A DNA stretch of 64,000 bases, taken from contig CAUYUJ010000137.1 in assembly GCA_963575745.1 (NCBI GenBank), positions 1 through 64,000 of the forward strand, read 5' to 3'. Below are positions 24,271 through 37,745 of this stretch, one piece after another; position 1 is the first letter of the stretch; every line of letters begins with the position of its first letter. The position numbers and the translations under genes were made by a program. The stretch is from Prorocentrum cordatum. Taxonomy: Eukaryota. The notes under the pieces were generated by a model. The model saw only the letters and a program-made list of their open reading frames with translations. It had not been told where the DNA came from and searched no databases.

Positions 24271-25673
24271 ATTATGGGCGGGGTGGTGACGCCTCGTGGG
24301 CCATCCCACTGGGACCTGCTTTTTGTTCCCGTCCCGCAGCAAGGCGCGAAGCGTGGCCCGGAGGGCGGAGGCCGGAGGAGAGGACAGGACGCGGGGCGCT
24401 CTTTTTTGAAAACGAGGAGGCGGGGGAAGAGGAGGAGGAGGAGGAGGATGAGAGGAGGAGGAGGAGGAGGGAGGCGAGGGAGGAGGAAGGGGAGGGGGGT
24501 AGGGGGAAGGGGGGGGGGGAGGGGTGGGGGGGAGGGGGAGGGGGAGGGGGAGGGGGAGGGGGAGGGGGAGGGGGGGAGGAGGAGAGGAGGAGGAGGAGGA
24601 GGAGGAGGAGAAGGAGGAGGAGGATGGGGAAGGAGGAGGAGGAGAAAGAGGAGGAGGAGGAGGAGGAGTAGGAGGAGGAGGAGGAGGAGGAGGAGGAAGG
24701 AGGAGGAGGAGGAGGAGGAGGAGGAGTGGGAGGAGGAGGAGGAGCAGGAGAGGACCCGGCACCACAGGCTGGTTGGGAACAAAAACAACGGCTCGGCGCA
24801 GACCCGAGGCGCTGTCGATTGACCTCATACAACTGCCCTCCCTCTGCTTAATTACACTCCGCACCGCGTCCCCCCACCACCACTCTCCACCTGGTGGCGT
24901 CCCTCCGTCGAATCTTCCGTCCATCTGTCCCTTCCTCCTCCCGTCCTTCTGCAGTCGTGAGCCTGCTTCAGAAAGGCATGCGAGCTAGCACGTGCCACGC
25001 CCACGAGGGCGACGCCGACTTGGCCGCGCATGCCTCATACAATCTCCCTGTGAGGAGCAGCGACGAGGGGAGGACCAACTCAGGGGGAACAACATCGCAA
25101 CATCGCCTTCGAGTCGGAAGTGCATCGCCGACAGACCGACGAGAGGCCTCAGCGAATCCGCGCGTTCCTGGGCGGGGTGGCCCATCGGGCCCTTCTCGGC
25201 GATGAATCGGCGACTGGGGGTCGGTCCCCCCGGAGCCCGTCCCCCCCGTCGTTGACCCTGACCCTGCCAGCGAACCGACCCGCTCGTCGCCGAACAGGAG
25301 TGCTGTGCTGGCGCGGCGGCGGAACCGTGCCGCAGGCAGCTGGACACTCACAGAGACAAGCCCCCTTTCTTATCCTGGTGGAAGGCCGCCCCCCGCTTGC
25401 GCCACAAGTTTATGTGTACGCCGTTTTGTCTCCTCCGACTTCCTCTAACGGGCCCTGAGCGCCGATCCAAGAGGAGAGCGCCTCCCCCCAGCAGTTTGTG
25501 TCTATGGCGTGTGTTCCTCTTCGAATGTCTCTGACCCGCGAAACTTGTCGGGCGGAACTTTAGGTCGGGCATGTCCTCCTGCAGGATCCACATCGATAGA
25601 AACATCGTCCCCAGACTGGTTTCCTTTACTGTGCCTGAATATTCCTCCTCTAGGGGGAGATGCCCGACTTCAG

Positions 25674-25841
25674 TAGAAGAAGAAAAGACAACATAAACAT
25701 AAACTCGTGGCGCTCCGCGCGGACTTCTGGGATCCGCGCTGGACCCCCCTCCCTGGCGCGAGGGGCGCGCCAGAGGCGCGGATCCAAGAAATCCACGCGG
25801 AGCGCCAAAAGTTTATGCATATGTTGTCTTTTATTCTTCTA
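25674..25841. mobile_element. Fold-back MITE with long TIRs and TA flanks
   Basis: 25673-25740 and about 25776-25842 are imperfect inverted arms of roughly 67 bp; TA at 25674-75 and 25840-41. Confidence 0.75.
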
Positions 25842-26499
25842 CACCCTGCGAAATGCTTTAGAAATCATGGGTTAAGAAATTCATAGTCTCAGAACTTGAA
25901 ATCTAACCCAACATTTCTATTCAAATCTTAGGAATTACATTGAAACGTTAAGAATAATCGAGACTCTGGCCGAAAATGTAAGTTTTCTTAAGCATCGCCT
26001 AAGGTGTACTGAAGAAGGGCTCGGGGACCGCGGGAGCAAACGTCCGCCTCCAGACAGAGCTCCCTGCGTCGACCCCGTGGGCACGTGAGCTCGGCTCGGC
26101 GCCCGTGGAGACGTGCCGCCCGCGGAGGCCAGGAGGTCGCGTGCCCGTGCGCCCCCCCTCCTGGCCCCCAGAAGGAGGAGGAGGCGGAGGAGGAGAAGCT
26201 AGGAGGAGGAGGAGGAGGAGGAGGAGGAGGAGGAGGAGGAGAAGGAGGAGGAGGAGGAGGAGGAGGAGGCGGAGAAGGAAGAGCTAGGAGGAGGCGGAGG
26301 AGGAGCTAGCAGGAGGAGGAGGAGGAGATCAGGAGATCAGGCGCGTGAGGGCGCCGTCTGACTAGCAAACAGCGCCTCGTGGGACCTCAGAGGAGGAGGA
26401 GGCGGAGGAGGAGGAGGCAGGCCCTGGAAAGGAGGGACGAGAGGGAGGAGGAGGCGGAGGCGGAGGAGGAGGCGGAGGAGGAGGAGGAGGAGGAGAAGG

Positions 26500-28420
26500 A
26501 CTTGGAACAATTATTTCCGTGGGTCCACGCAGACCTACTGGGACGAGGGCGGCACGGCGTGGTCCTTCCGAGTCCCGCCGTGTTTGCGATTGCATTGGCA
26601 CCGCAGCTGGAAGAGCTTGAACGGAGGCTCCAGGAGCGGGAGCCGCACCCAAAGGTGCTCGCGTATATGGACGACGTCTACGTGGTCATTGATGCGGCTC
26701 ATGCCCCGTTTGCTGTGGAGGTGTTGCGGAAACTGGCGGCTTCTCTCACGATGGAGCTGCGCGTCGATAAAACCAAACTGTGGACTCTCCGCCCAGATGC
26801 GGCCGTGCCCGCGGAGGTCGCTCGACTCCGGGTGCCGTCTCTGACCTGCCTGGGTTCTGTCTTGCCGTTTGTGCAGCGCGGCGATGGCGACGACGACGCG
26901 TTGGACCGTTCGCGGGCCCCGATACTGCAAAACAGCCCTGGCCAAGCAGCCCCTAGCCACCTTGCAGGCGTAGATGGGCCCACTGCGGGATCTCTGGGCA
27001 GCGGGGCTCAATGCGCAGGCGCGGCTGCTGCTCCTCCGGACTTTCGTCAACGGCGCCACAGTCCACCTTCACCGGGGCCTTCATGCTCCCCACAAATGGT
27101 GCGATTCCCTGGACGCCGAGGTCGTGGCCTTCGTCGAGGAGCTGCTTGGCGTGGCCCTTTCGGCAGCACAGCGCACGCGGATTTTCCTGCCTCTCCAGCT
27201 CGGGAGCCTGGGCCTGTGCTCCGTGGGCGCCTCAGGAAGCACGCAGCGCGCGTCGGCTCCTGGGATCAATGCGTCAGCGAAGTCGCCGGCCACATCGGTT
27301 GCACTTCCGCCAGCGGCTTCTTCAAGGGTGCCCCGCGAACTCGCGCCGCAATCCACGCAGCGGAAGCCGGTTTGCGAGCGCAGGGCATCGCCGGCGTCGT
27401 GCCTTGGGAACGGCGTTTCGGCAGCACGGGCCCCACCAGCAGAAGGTGTGGACGAAGGCGAATCACGAGGCTGTGCGCACGGGCCTCCTCCAGTCGCTCC
27501 CAGAGGACGAGAGGGGTCGACCTCCGCTCTGCCGGAGGCAAGGGCTCGGGGAGCTTCCTGCTGGTGGCGTGAGGAGCACCTGATGCCAGACGAGCACTTC
27601 ATAGCGGTCGTTCGAATGCGCTTGCGGGCCGCTGTCCACGCGCCCGGGCGCAGGTGCCAGCATAAGTCAGCGGAGACCAGGGCCGTCTGCAACGAAGAGC
27701 TGGACGGCAGGGGGCGCCACGGGCGGATCTGCAAGAGCAGCGGTGGCGCCGTGGCCCGGCACGACCACGTTCGGGACTGGCCAGCGGCGTGGGTGGCCGA
27801 GGTCGCCCGGCGGACTGCCTTGACGGAGCAGTCCGTGCCCCAGTGGGACCGGCGAGTTCGGGCCCCAGACGGGCGCGAGCGAATCGAGCGGGCTAAGCTT
27901 GACGTCGTGCTCGACAACGCCAGCGGCCGCTGGGTGCACGTGGACGTTGCCGCTGTGGAGGCTCCTACGCCGGACGGGCACGAGCGGCCGCAGCGGGCCG
28001 GCGGAGACGGAGCTGCAGCAGCAACGGCAGAGGATACGAAGCGCATGCGCTATCCCGGGCTGGGCTGGGCTTCTCTGGCTTTGCGGCGCGCACAAGGGGG
28101 TGGAGGGAGGGGGATGGCCTTCTTAGACGGAGGCTGCTTCTTAGAAGGCGCCGGCCTTACATCTATAGATCTATAGATAAGGCCCGCGCCTTCTAAGCAG
28201 GGGTGCTTCTAAGAAACCCTCCACCCTCCCCCACGCCCCTCTGCGCGTGGCTGACTGGCCTCGACGGACCCCGCCGAGAGGTCGCGGGTGTTGGGGGCCG
28301 CCCGGCAGAGCCTGTCTGTCCTGGTGCAAGTGGGCAGCGCCAAGGACGTGGTCTCGGCCAGCTGATAGGCCCCTGTCCACTGCGGACTTCAACCGAATTA
28401 GCTGGCCTCTTCTCCTTTCT
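26500..28420 (+). pseudogene. Degenerate 5'-truncated RLE-type (CRE-like) non-LTR retrotransposon
   Basis: Across frameshifts: SPAVFAIAL, AYMDDVYV, KTKLW, LPLQLGSLGL, C..C..H..ICK..RHDHVRD, KLDVV..VDV..AEDTKRMRY (PD-(D/E)xK-like nuclease) and terminal RQSLSVLVQVGSA. Confidence 0.85.
28087..28247. mobile_element. Palindromic fold-back insertion in the RLE domain
   Basis: Perfect central palindrome ATCTATAGATCTATAGAT (28161-28178) with imperfect arms; RLE-like coding resumes after it. Confidence 0.6.
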
Positions 28421-28481
28421 CCCTCCTCCTCCACCGCCGCGTCCTCCTCACTTTCCCTCCTCCTGCTCCTCCTCCTCCTCC

Positions 28482-28942
<461 letters not shown>

Positions 28943-29042
28943 NNNNNNNNNNNNNNNNNNNNNNNNNNNNNNNNNNNNNNNNNNNNNNNNNNNNNNNNNN
29001 NNNNNNNNNNNNNNNNNNNNNNNNNNNNNNNNNNNNNNNNNN
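28943..29042. other. Assembly gap (100 N)
   Basis: Run of N. Confidence 1.
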
Positions 29043-29721
29043 AACATCCTCGTCATCCGTCTCTCCATACTCACCCTTCGCCTCTCCCAGCACTGCCAGC
29101 TCGTGATCTGCTTCCCCCTTCAACCTCCTCTTTCTCCTCCGCCTGTTCCTCCTCCTCGCTTTCCTCCTCCTCCTCCTCCTCCTCGCCTTCCTCCTCCTCC
29201 TCCTCCTCCTCCTCCTCCTCCTCCTCCTCCTCGTCCTCCCTCTCCTGAGAGTCCTGTTCTTCTGATGCTTCTCTAACTCCCTTTTCCTTCGTCCTCTTAC
29301 GGCTCATTATCCTGCTCCGCCTCCTCGTCTTCCGCCGCTTCCCTGTCCTGCTTCCCCAACCCCTGCTCCTGCTGTGCATCCTTCTCCACCTCTCCCTCCC
29401 CCATCAACCCCATCTTCTCCTGCCTCCTCCTGCTGCCCTCCCCCGCTACCTCCCCCCTCCTCCTTGTGCCCGGCATCATCACCATCATCACCGTTGTCGT
29501 CAGGGTCGACGGCACTGGTCGCAGGGTCTTCTCAGTAGAAGAACCCTGGCAAACTGCGTGTTCAAACACATGTGACTGTCAAACGTGCTTGAAGGGCGCT
29601 GGCCCAGAATACTTTTGACACCAATATGGCGAGGTCTCGACACGCGCGCGTGGCGCGGGCCAGGCGTGGGACCGAGACCCGCCCGCGGGCGACGCCTGCA
29701 AGCGGCCTCAATGGTTCAGCT

Positions 29722-30939
29722 TCACACAGTGACGTCTGGCGTGCAGTCGCGCGGGGTGAAGATGAGCCGGGCTGCGGAGCGCGGGGACAGCACGGGCGTG
29801 GACGGGGGCGACGAGGACGAGCGGCCGCTGCCCGGCTTTGCGTGGGCGGGCTTGGACCCGGTCGAGGAGCGCCTGGACCTGGGCGAGTCGACGCACACCG
29901 CAAACCCCGCCCAGCGGAGAATCTCATCCACGATCCTCCTGGGGTCCTCGAGGATGGACTCGTGGCCCAAGCCTGGGAGCCTTACCAGCGCTACCTTGTC
30001 GCCACCGGCCCAAGACTGCACCTCCTGGGCGTGCTCGAGCGGGACCACGTTGTCCATGGTGCCCCAGAACAGCCCGAGCTTGGTCCTGGGCTCAGCCTGG
30101 CTCTCGACCAGCGACTGGAAGGTGGCCAACCTCTTGGCCATCGCGCCAGCGGCCAGGACCCTCGTGAGGATGCCGAAGATGGCCCACTGGATCTGCGGGT
30201 GTAGCTCGAACTTCCGCTTGCGAAAAGCGGTTGCCGAAGCGAGACCCTCCTTGTACAGCCGCGGCTGACCCTCCAGGCGCAAACACTGGTAATCATGCTG
30301 TGTGGCGAATGCCTCGTTTGCCTTGTGGATGTTGTCAAGGCAAGCGTTCCTGGCAATCTTAAACACCCTAGCGCTCGCCTGGAGCTGGGCGAGCCTAGGC
30401 AGGCGGTCGGCGATTGATCCCACAATTCCAGCGCTTTTCCAGAACGCGGGGGAGATCAACGCCAGGCGTTTCACGTGGTGACCCCCCGGCATTGTCGGCA
30501 AGCTCATCGCAGCCTGGACGCCCAAAACGCCACCGGCCGAATGCCCCACGAAAATGTCGACTGGTTCGCCCTCCTCCAGCACAAGCTCAAATAGCTCATG
30601 CAGCTGGGTCGACAACTCCTCGACGGAATACTTTGCCCCACCCTCGGCATAGGAGAAACCGTGGCCGAGGAGGTCGTACCTCAACACGCGGAAGCCGGTC
30701 TCTCGCAGGGCCTCCGCGAAATCGGCGTAGCCCGACAGACTGGCGCCGACGCCGTGCGCGAGCACCGCGATGGGCGCCCGCTCCCCCTCGCCGGGGAAAT
30801 TGTCGCACATGTCCTCCAGGAGGTAGTGCGTGACGCCGAACCTGCCCCGCAGGAACTCGCCGGCGGGCGGGCCGTAGAGCTCCGAAAGCGTCGCGAGGGC
30901 CGCCTCGGGCGGCCCCACGGGCTCGTCCACGCGTGGCAT
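29722..30939 (-). CDS. Alpha/beta-fold serine hydrolase, intronless, 405 aa from MPRVDEP
   Basis: VLAHGVG oxyanion loop, GFRVLRYDLLGHGFS, nucleophile elbow GHSAG, WGTMDNVVP (Asp), GLGHE (His). ATG at 30939 preferred because the sequence upstream is simple repeat. Confidence 0.92.
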   Translation of the reverse strand: MPRVDEPVGPPEAALATLSELYGPPAGEFLRGRFGVTHYLLEDMCDNFPGEGERAPIAVLAHGVGASLSGYADFAEALRETGFRVLRYDLLGHGFSYAEGGAKYSVEELSTQLHELFELVLEEGEPVDIFVGHSAGGVLGVQAAMSLPTMPGGHHVKRLALISPAFWKSAGIVGSIADRLPRLAQLQASARVFKIARNACLDNIHKANEAFATQHDYQCLRLEGQPRLYKEGLASATAFRKRKFELHPQIQWAIFGILTRVLAAGAMAKRLATFQSLVESQAEPRTKLGLFWGTMDNVVPLEHAQEVQSWAGGDKVALVRLPGLGHESILEDPRRIVDEILRWAGFAVCVDSPRSRRSSTGSKPAHAKPGSGRSSSSPPSTPVLSPRSAARLIFTPRDCTPDVTV

Positions 30940-31265
30940 CCGCTCCGTGCGCGGGGGGCAAAGGGAGGGGGAGGGGGGAGGAGAAGGAGGAGGGAGGAGG
31001 AGGAGGGAGGGGGACGAGGAGGGGGGAGCATAAGCTATGTGCGCTCGCGTCATATCTGACATCCTACCCCTCCCTCCCATCCCTTACCATGGCGTAGATC
31101 CCCTCTCTACTCGCACAGTCGGATGTTGAGCAGGGCAATGATCCCGAACGGGTATGCGATGCATTGTAGAGCACGGCATGGCATGGCGTAGAAGAGCACC
31201 GCAAAGCGTAATATCAACCTCACATTGCATTGCATGCCGTGGCATGGCACGGGAAATGACGCCAA

Positions 31266-31435
31266 CGCTGCAGCGGGAGCACGAGTCGGAACGAGCGGAA
31301 GCGCGGAAATGAGGCCACCGCTGCAGCGGGAGCACGATTCGGAACGAGCGGAAGCACGGAAATGAGGCCACCGCTGCAGCGGGAGCACGATTCGGAACGA
31401 GCGAAGCCCGAAAATGAGGCCGGCGCCTCAGCGAG
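31266..31435. repeat. 53-bp tandem repeat, about 3 copies
   Basis: CGCTGCAGCGGGAGCACGA at 31266, 31319 and 31372. Confidence 0.85.
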
Positions 31436-31746
31436 AGCAGCATTTTAGGAAAAATGCAGGCGAAAACTCAACTCCGGGGAATCCTGTGTAACAAAAACAA
31501 TACGCGGGGGGGGGCTAATACTTTCAAACCGTCATCAGGAGAGTAGTATTCATATTGAGTAATTGTGGAGGGAGGGGGGGGGAGGAGGAGGGAGGGAGGA
31601 GGGAGGAGGAGGGAGGAGGGAGGAGGGAGGAGGAGGGAGGAGGATGGAGGAGGAGGAAGAGGAGGGAGGGAAGGAGGACGAGAGGGAGGAGGGGGGCGGG
31701 AATCCCCGCTGGCGACACCCCGCCCGAGGGGCGGGCTGCCCCCCCC

Positions 31747-31768
31747 CTCGAGCCAAAATGGCTACGGA
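31747..31768 (-). other. Dinoflagellate spliced-leader relic
   Basis: TCCGTAGCCATTTTGGCTCGAG, 21/22 match to DCCGTAGCCATTTTGGCTCAAG, same strand as and upstream of the hydrolase. Confidence 0.93.
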
Positions 31769-31779
31769 CAGAATCGCGT

Positions 31780-34700
31780 CGATTTTGAGAACGGAAGAAG
31801 AACATCCCCAACGTTTGCAAAACAACATCTACGGATGAGGGGGGGGAAAGCGAGACAACAATCTGGTTGGGATGGTATGGCTTCAAGTGGGACGTGAATG
31901 AGGAGGTCGAACAAACTTTGAAGCTGCATTGCCCCAGGGGGTGTCGATCTCCTGGGGGAAAGGGTGGTCGAGTCTGTCATTATCTTTTGGGGGGAGAATC
32001 TGCATGGTGCAATCTGCATGGTGCAAGCTATGTGGTGCAGGCTATGTGGTGAATAGTTGTTGTTCGCAATGAGTTGTCCACTCCACTGCTCGCGCAAACA
32101 TTTCACCCACCCACCAGAACTTGGGTTGCAAACCTCATGCGGCAACGATTGCGATGAGTGCTTGGCGCTGGCTGGTGCATCTCTGCGGCCGCGCCAGCCC
32201 GCGCATGCGCGCGCGCAGCGGCCAGGTAGTTTGGCGCGACCGACGCGGCCAGGGTGGTGCTAACCGCTCGGCACATCCAGGCGGGCACTTGAATGCCCAA
32301 GTCGCTGGGTGCGGTGTCATAGCAACGTCGACAATTGTAGACACGATGAGGATGATCGTAGCGATGTTGGTGACGATTGCCGATCACGCCGACGACGATG
32401 ACGGCGTCTTCACGTCGGTGATGGAGGTTAGAAACAAGAACTCGAAATGCGCGCGCGGCAGACGCGCGAGGAAGGCTCGCATATTATTCGACACGGGCCG
32501 TGCCACCCCAGCGTGCGCGCAAAGGCGTTCGAACGATTTTGACATGCGCGCGCGAAGCCCGTTTGGTAGCATGTGGTGAACAGATTAAACAATTCTTGGA
32601 TTTGTCTTGAGAATTCGCAAGAACGCGCACGCTTTTGTTGAACATCCGTGTTGCGAAACCCTGTGCTTTTGTATGTTGTTTGGGCATTCGATTTGGGTAT
32701 CCTTCCGAAGCCGAAGGTTTCTGAAGGATTTCGGCATGCGCGGGCGACGACGTGCGCGCGTGCACTACATCAAATGTTTGTGAAACGGATTCTTGCGACG
32801 GCACGCGCGCAAGGTCGTCAAAACGATCTCGACATGCGCGCGCGAAGCCCGTTTGGTAGTGTGTTATGTAACATATTCAAACGCGTAAACATATGTAACA
32901 CATTAATATAGAATGGTTTTCTTAAGGGTCCGCAAGAACGCGCGCGAATGATTTTTTTGTTTTGAAAATCCGTGTGGCGAACACCTGTGTCTTTTATATG
33001 TTTTCTTAGGATACTCGACGACGCGCGCATGTGCACTTATGAGCATAGTATTTTTGCAAAGGATGGCGGGGGGGGGGCCCGTTCCAGCCAGACTGGGATG
33101 GTATGATTTCACAGGTCGGATGGACATTGGGTCAGAATCCGATGCGTTTTGCATCGGTTCCCGGGAGGTTTTAACCACAGGGGGGGAGGGTGGTAGAACG
33201 CATTTCTTTTCTAGAAAAGAGAAAGCAGAGTGGGCGGAATGCGTTGTGCAAGCGATGTGGTGCAAGCGGCGTGGTGCAAGCTAGGTGGTGCAACTAATTT
33301 ATGTTCGCAGAGAGTTGTCCACTCCACTGCTCGCGCAAACATCCCACTCACCCACCCGCAACTTGGTTTGCAAAATCTCTTAAGACCGTGACGGTGGGTA
33401 CCAAATGGCACTTGGCAACGACAGCGACGCCGACCACGACAGCGACAACAACGACGACGACGCCGCCTACAACGACTACAACGACACCAACGACGTCTCC
33501 AACGATTTCGACGACGCCGACAACGACAACAACGACGACGACGACACCGACGACGACGACGACACCGACGCAGACGACGACGACGATGACAACGACAACG
33601 ACGATGACAACACCGACGACGACCACAACAACGACATCGACGACGACGACGACGACGTCAACGACGCCGACGACGACGACGGCAGCGACGGCGACGACGC
33701 CGACATCGACGACGATGAAAACGACGATGACGCCGACGCCGACGATGAAGACGACGACGACGTCGCCAACGAAGACGACGACGAGGTAGGAAGGACGACG
33801 ACGGCGACAACGACGACAACGACAACGACGACAACGACGAGGCAGGAGGGAGGACGGCGACGACGCGAACGACGAAGAAGGAGGAAGGACGGCGACGCTG
33901 ATGATGATAACGACGAGGGAGGAGGGAAGACGATGATGATGATAACGACGAAACCTTTTGTTTTTAGGTTTTTTGGACACACGATTCTGAAATCCTTCCG
34001 AACCCGATGGGTTTTGGAGGATTTCGGCATACGCGCGCGACGACGCGCGCGTCTGCATTTCGTCTCATTTCTTGCAGAGGGTTCTCGCGACGGCACACGC
34101 GCAAGGGCGTTCGACAGATTTCGACATGCGCGCGCGAAGCCAGTTTGGTAGCATGTTGTGAAAATCTTGAAAGACGCATGGTTTTCTTAAGATTTCGCAA
34201 GAGCTCGCGCGTAAGTTGTTTTAGCAAATCAGTGCTGCGAAACCCTGTGTTTTTGTATGTTGTTTGGAAATTCGATTGCGAAATCCGTCCGACACCGAAG
34301 GTATTTGAAGGATTTCGGCATGCGCGCGCGACGGCGCGCGTGTGCGCACTTTGTCACATTTTTTTGCAAGGGATTCGTGAAACAATGTTATGCTAGCACA
34401 AAAAATGTCACCGCATAGTGTTTATTTCAAAAAAGAAAAAAAGAAAAAGAGGAAACCTCAGAGGGGGGGATACCGGTTGGCCTTGGACATTGCGATTTCA
34501 TATTTAGGATGGGCATGTGGTCAGAACCATGTGTGATTTACATACCCGGAAGGGGGAGCGATAACACGGGGGGGGGTAGAGTCTATTCTCTTTTAAAGAA
34601 GAGATCTACGTTGTGCACGCTGTATTGTGCTACGTTGTGCACGTTGTGCACGCTGGTGGGCACGCCCACCCCTCCCCCTCCTCCTCCTCCGGGCCAGTGG

Positions 34701-34870
34701 GCTTCGTCGTGCTTGTAAAGATGCAGCATACTTGGTGCAAGCTACGTCGTGCAAGCGATGTGGAACAATCTATGTCGTGCAGGCTATGTCATGCAGGCTA
34801 TGCGGTGTAAGCTATGTGATGCAACCTGCATGATATGGTGCAATCGACGTGCTGTGAAGTATGTGGTGTG
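31780..34870. repeat. Old diverged tandem array of roughly 1.2-1.4 kb units, with a (GAC)n expansion at 33415-33850
   Basis: GAGTTGTCCACTCCACTGCTCGCGCAAACAT near 32071 and 33312; GACATGCGCGCGCGAAGCC near 32541, 32831 and 34123. Confidence 0.7.
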
Positions 34871-37279
34871 AACTACGTGGTGCGGCGACGGACGGGAAAC
34901 GGGCCGCCGGGCCCGCAGACAAGCCTTCCATTCGGAAGCACGTGGAGGCGACGGACGGGAACGGGGCCGCCGGGCCCGCTGGCAGACAGGCCCAGGTCCT
35001 GGAAGGGAAATCGAAACCCCCTAGCGCAAGCACTGCCCGGACAAAAAAAAACGTCAAAACAGGCGGCGTTCCTGGAAGGGTCAGACAACCCCCCCGAGAG
35101 GCGCCCAAGAGGCCTCAAGAGGCTCCAAGAGGCGCCAAGAAACCGACGAGACCCCCAATCGGCCCCTAACTGGTCCTGAGAAACCGCAGAAAAAAACAAG
35201 ACGCACCAAGAGGCTCTGAAGATCGCCAAGAACCCCACAAGACGTCCCAAGAGGCCCGAACGGCACCACAAAAGACCCCAAAGAGCCGCCAGGGTGCCCC
35301 CAAGAGGCCCCAAGGGGCCTCCAAGCGATCACGATAGACATGCCAATAAACTCCGCCACAAATGCACCCCAAGCCTTCCAAATAATGCCACGTTCGCCCC
35401 GATAGAGGCAACTCCCCTGGACAATCGTTCCTGGATGGGCTGGAGGGTATACGCAAAACGTTCCGAATTCAAACTTTCTCCCGCTACGACGTAGTTTGGG
35501 CACTGTGGCGGGCTTTGGCGCAGGAGGCTGGATATAATGCAACCGTTGCGACCACGTGAAATAAGAACTCGGCACAGTGCGTCGCTCACGGCATCGGCGA
35601 GGAACCAGATGAACATGTTCAACAATATACAATTACGACCAGCACGCATTAATCCGCCGACCATTTGTGGGTAAATTTCCCCACCCACCCATCCCCCCCC
35701 AAGGGACCCCAAACCGGCAATTCGACCCCCCCCCCCTCGCCCAGCCCGACCCCGGACCGAACGCGCCACGGGGGAGCGGAGGGCTCCAAAACTTGCCAAA
35801 AAGGACCAAGACGCTGCCCAGACGGTCCCCGGGAGCCACGATTCGCCGACATATCGCCATTGAACGCCCAACATGGCCCCCGGGCGGTCTCCGAAGCTGC
35901 CCAAATGCTCCGAAAAAGGCCCCCAGGATGCGCCCCAAGAGGGTCGCAAGAGACAGATATCGGCTCATTTCCCTTTGAAGACCGAGCATTTTTCGCACGC
36001 CCACCGATCCGGCTCTCACAACACCCAAAACAAACAAAGAAACCGTCAGAGACGCCCCCGGACGGCCAAGGGGGCCCCAAAAAAGAATCGAAAAGGGTCC
36101 GACGAAACCCCGAGACAGCCCAACAGGGCCCCCAGACGGCCCCAAGACGGAGTCCAGAGGGCGCTTGTTCGAGCCGTCGGCCCCGGGACGGCCCCAACCT
36201 TCGACCATCCTCCTTCTCCTCATCCTCCTCCGATGACGTTCCCCCGCCTCTCCCCCACCCTCACCCGCCTCCTCCTCCTCTTCCGCTTTCTCCTGCGTGG
36301 CTTTCCTCATTCATCGGTTTCGTCTTCCCTCTCGCTCTCACACCCGTTGGTCGTACTTCTACGGGTCGTGGCACGGGCGCTCGCATGGGTATTATTTGTA
36401 TGCCTTGCATTTCCGGGTGCCCTTCTTTTCGTCGCGCGCGACATTGCCTCTGTCCACGGAGGGAGCCCGCCCACCCAAAGAAACAAGACAACACAAATAC
36501 GCCCCAGGACATCAACACGACATCCCGAAGTCGATCAAAGGGTCGGCGGATGTGGCGTAAGCCTATATAATCACGTAAGTTGCACCCTGCAGTTTACGTG
36601 AGCAAATGCATGCCATCGTGTGCTTCGATTAACAGGCAAAGGCCAAAACTGGGGAAGAGGTAATGGTATACGGGCAGCGGTACGCCTCCTCGAAGGGAAT
36701 GTCCTTCTTCGATCGTCCAAACATACGGCCTCGCGGCGGCGCAGCAGATCGCTCTCGCTGCCACGTGGTACGAAAAGCACATGCTAACTTCTACATAGCA
36801 ATGGGCATGACAAATGTGGAACTTCAGCTGCGTTGCTGTCAACCTGATACTGCCACTGGCCTCGTGGTTTCAATATGTGCTCGTTCATTCCCCCGTCTCT
36901 TCCGAAAGCTTCTTTTTAACTGAATCCACTACCGATGGCGCTGCGTCTGATTGCACGTACCGAATTTCTCGATTCTACAAGTGTCTGGCAAATGCGAGCA
37001 ACGACTTGAAAAACAATGTCCCGTAAGATGTAGGCCTTCACATCTTGTAGCGAAGAATGGTTCCAGGACTCGCATACAACACGACATACCGTGCGCCTCG
37101 TATGTGCATTACATGCGTATCCGAGATTGGGGATGGAGACCGAAATGGAACGAATGCCGCAACCAAGAATTCGGTTTCGACCCGGGCGGAGCAAGCGGAT
37201 GAAAACAAATGCGAATTGATTGAATATCGCAGCCCAAATCTCGCAAAAATCAGTCATTTCCCGGGGCACAAGAGCGTTA

Positions 37280-37745
37280 TGGGGGGGTTTGTCCCGACGG
37301 CTGTCCTGCTGATTGCCACGGGGATTGTCCAGATGATCAATCTGATGTTTGTCACGATGGATGTGCCGACGGTTTTCCCGATGGCTGATCCGCTGGCTGC
37401 CATGTGGGTGTTCCGATGGTCGTCCCGATGGTAGATCGGATGTTTGCCCCCGGGGTTGTCACAATGAATGTCCGAATGGTGTTCTGATGGTGCCCCGATG
37501 ATTGTCTCAACTGTTATCCCGATGGTTGTCCCAATGGTTGTCCCGATAGTTGGCCCGACGGTTGCACGACGGTTGTTTCATGATTGTCATGTGGTGGTCC
37601 TGATGACAATCCCGTTCATATCATGTGGTTGTCCCGTGATTGTCACGTGATTGTCACGTGATGGCGTCGCGATTGCTCGTCGGTTGTCCCGAATTTGTTC
37701 CGCGGTTCTACCGTGGTGTTAGCGTGGTTGCCCATCGGATAGTGA
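37280..37745. repeat. Degenerate 12-bp (GATGGTTGTCCC)n satellite; resumes at 46750-46900, 47505-47660 and 48845-49110
   Basis: Same unit and orientation in all four blocks, suggesting one array split by insertions. Confidence 0.8.

Noticed and set aside
24830..25620. Possible gene fragment between repeats
   Set aside because: No recognisable motif, splice structure or long frame
30940..31080. N-terminal extension of the hydrolase ORF
   Set aside because: Encoded by simple repeat and inserted sequence; the ATG at 30939 is more plausible
33301..34151. Poly-Asp or mucin-like poly-Thr ORFs
   Set aside because: (GAC)n expansion within a repeat array
36290..37270. Lower-GC segment with PVLAFAC..RKLQGAT resembling a Pif1/Helitron helicase motif
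   Set aside because: Spacing is wrong, frames are broken and no other helicase motifs were found
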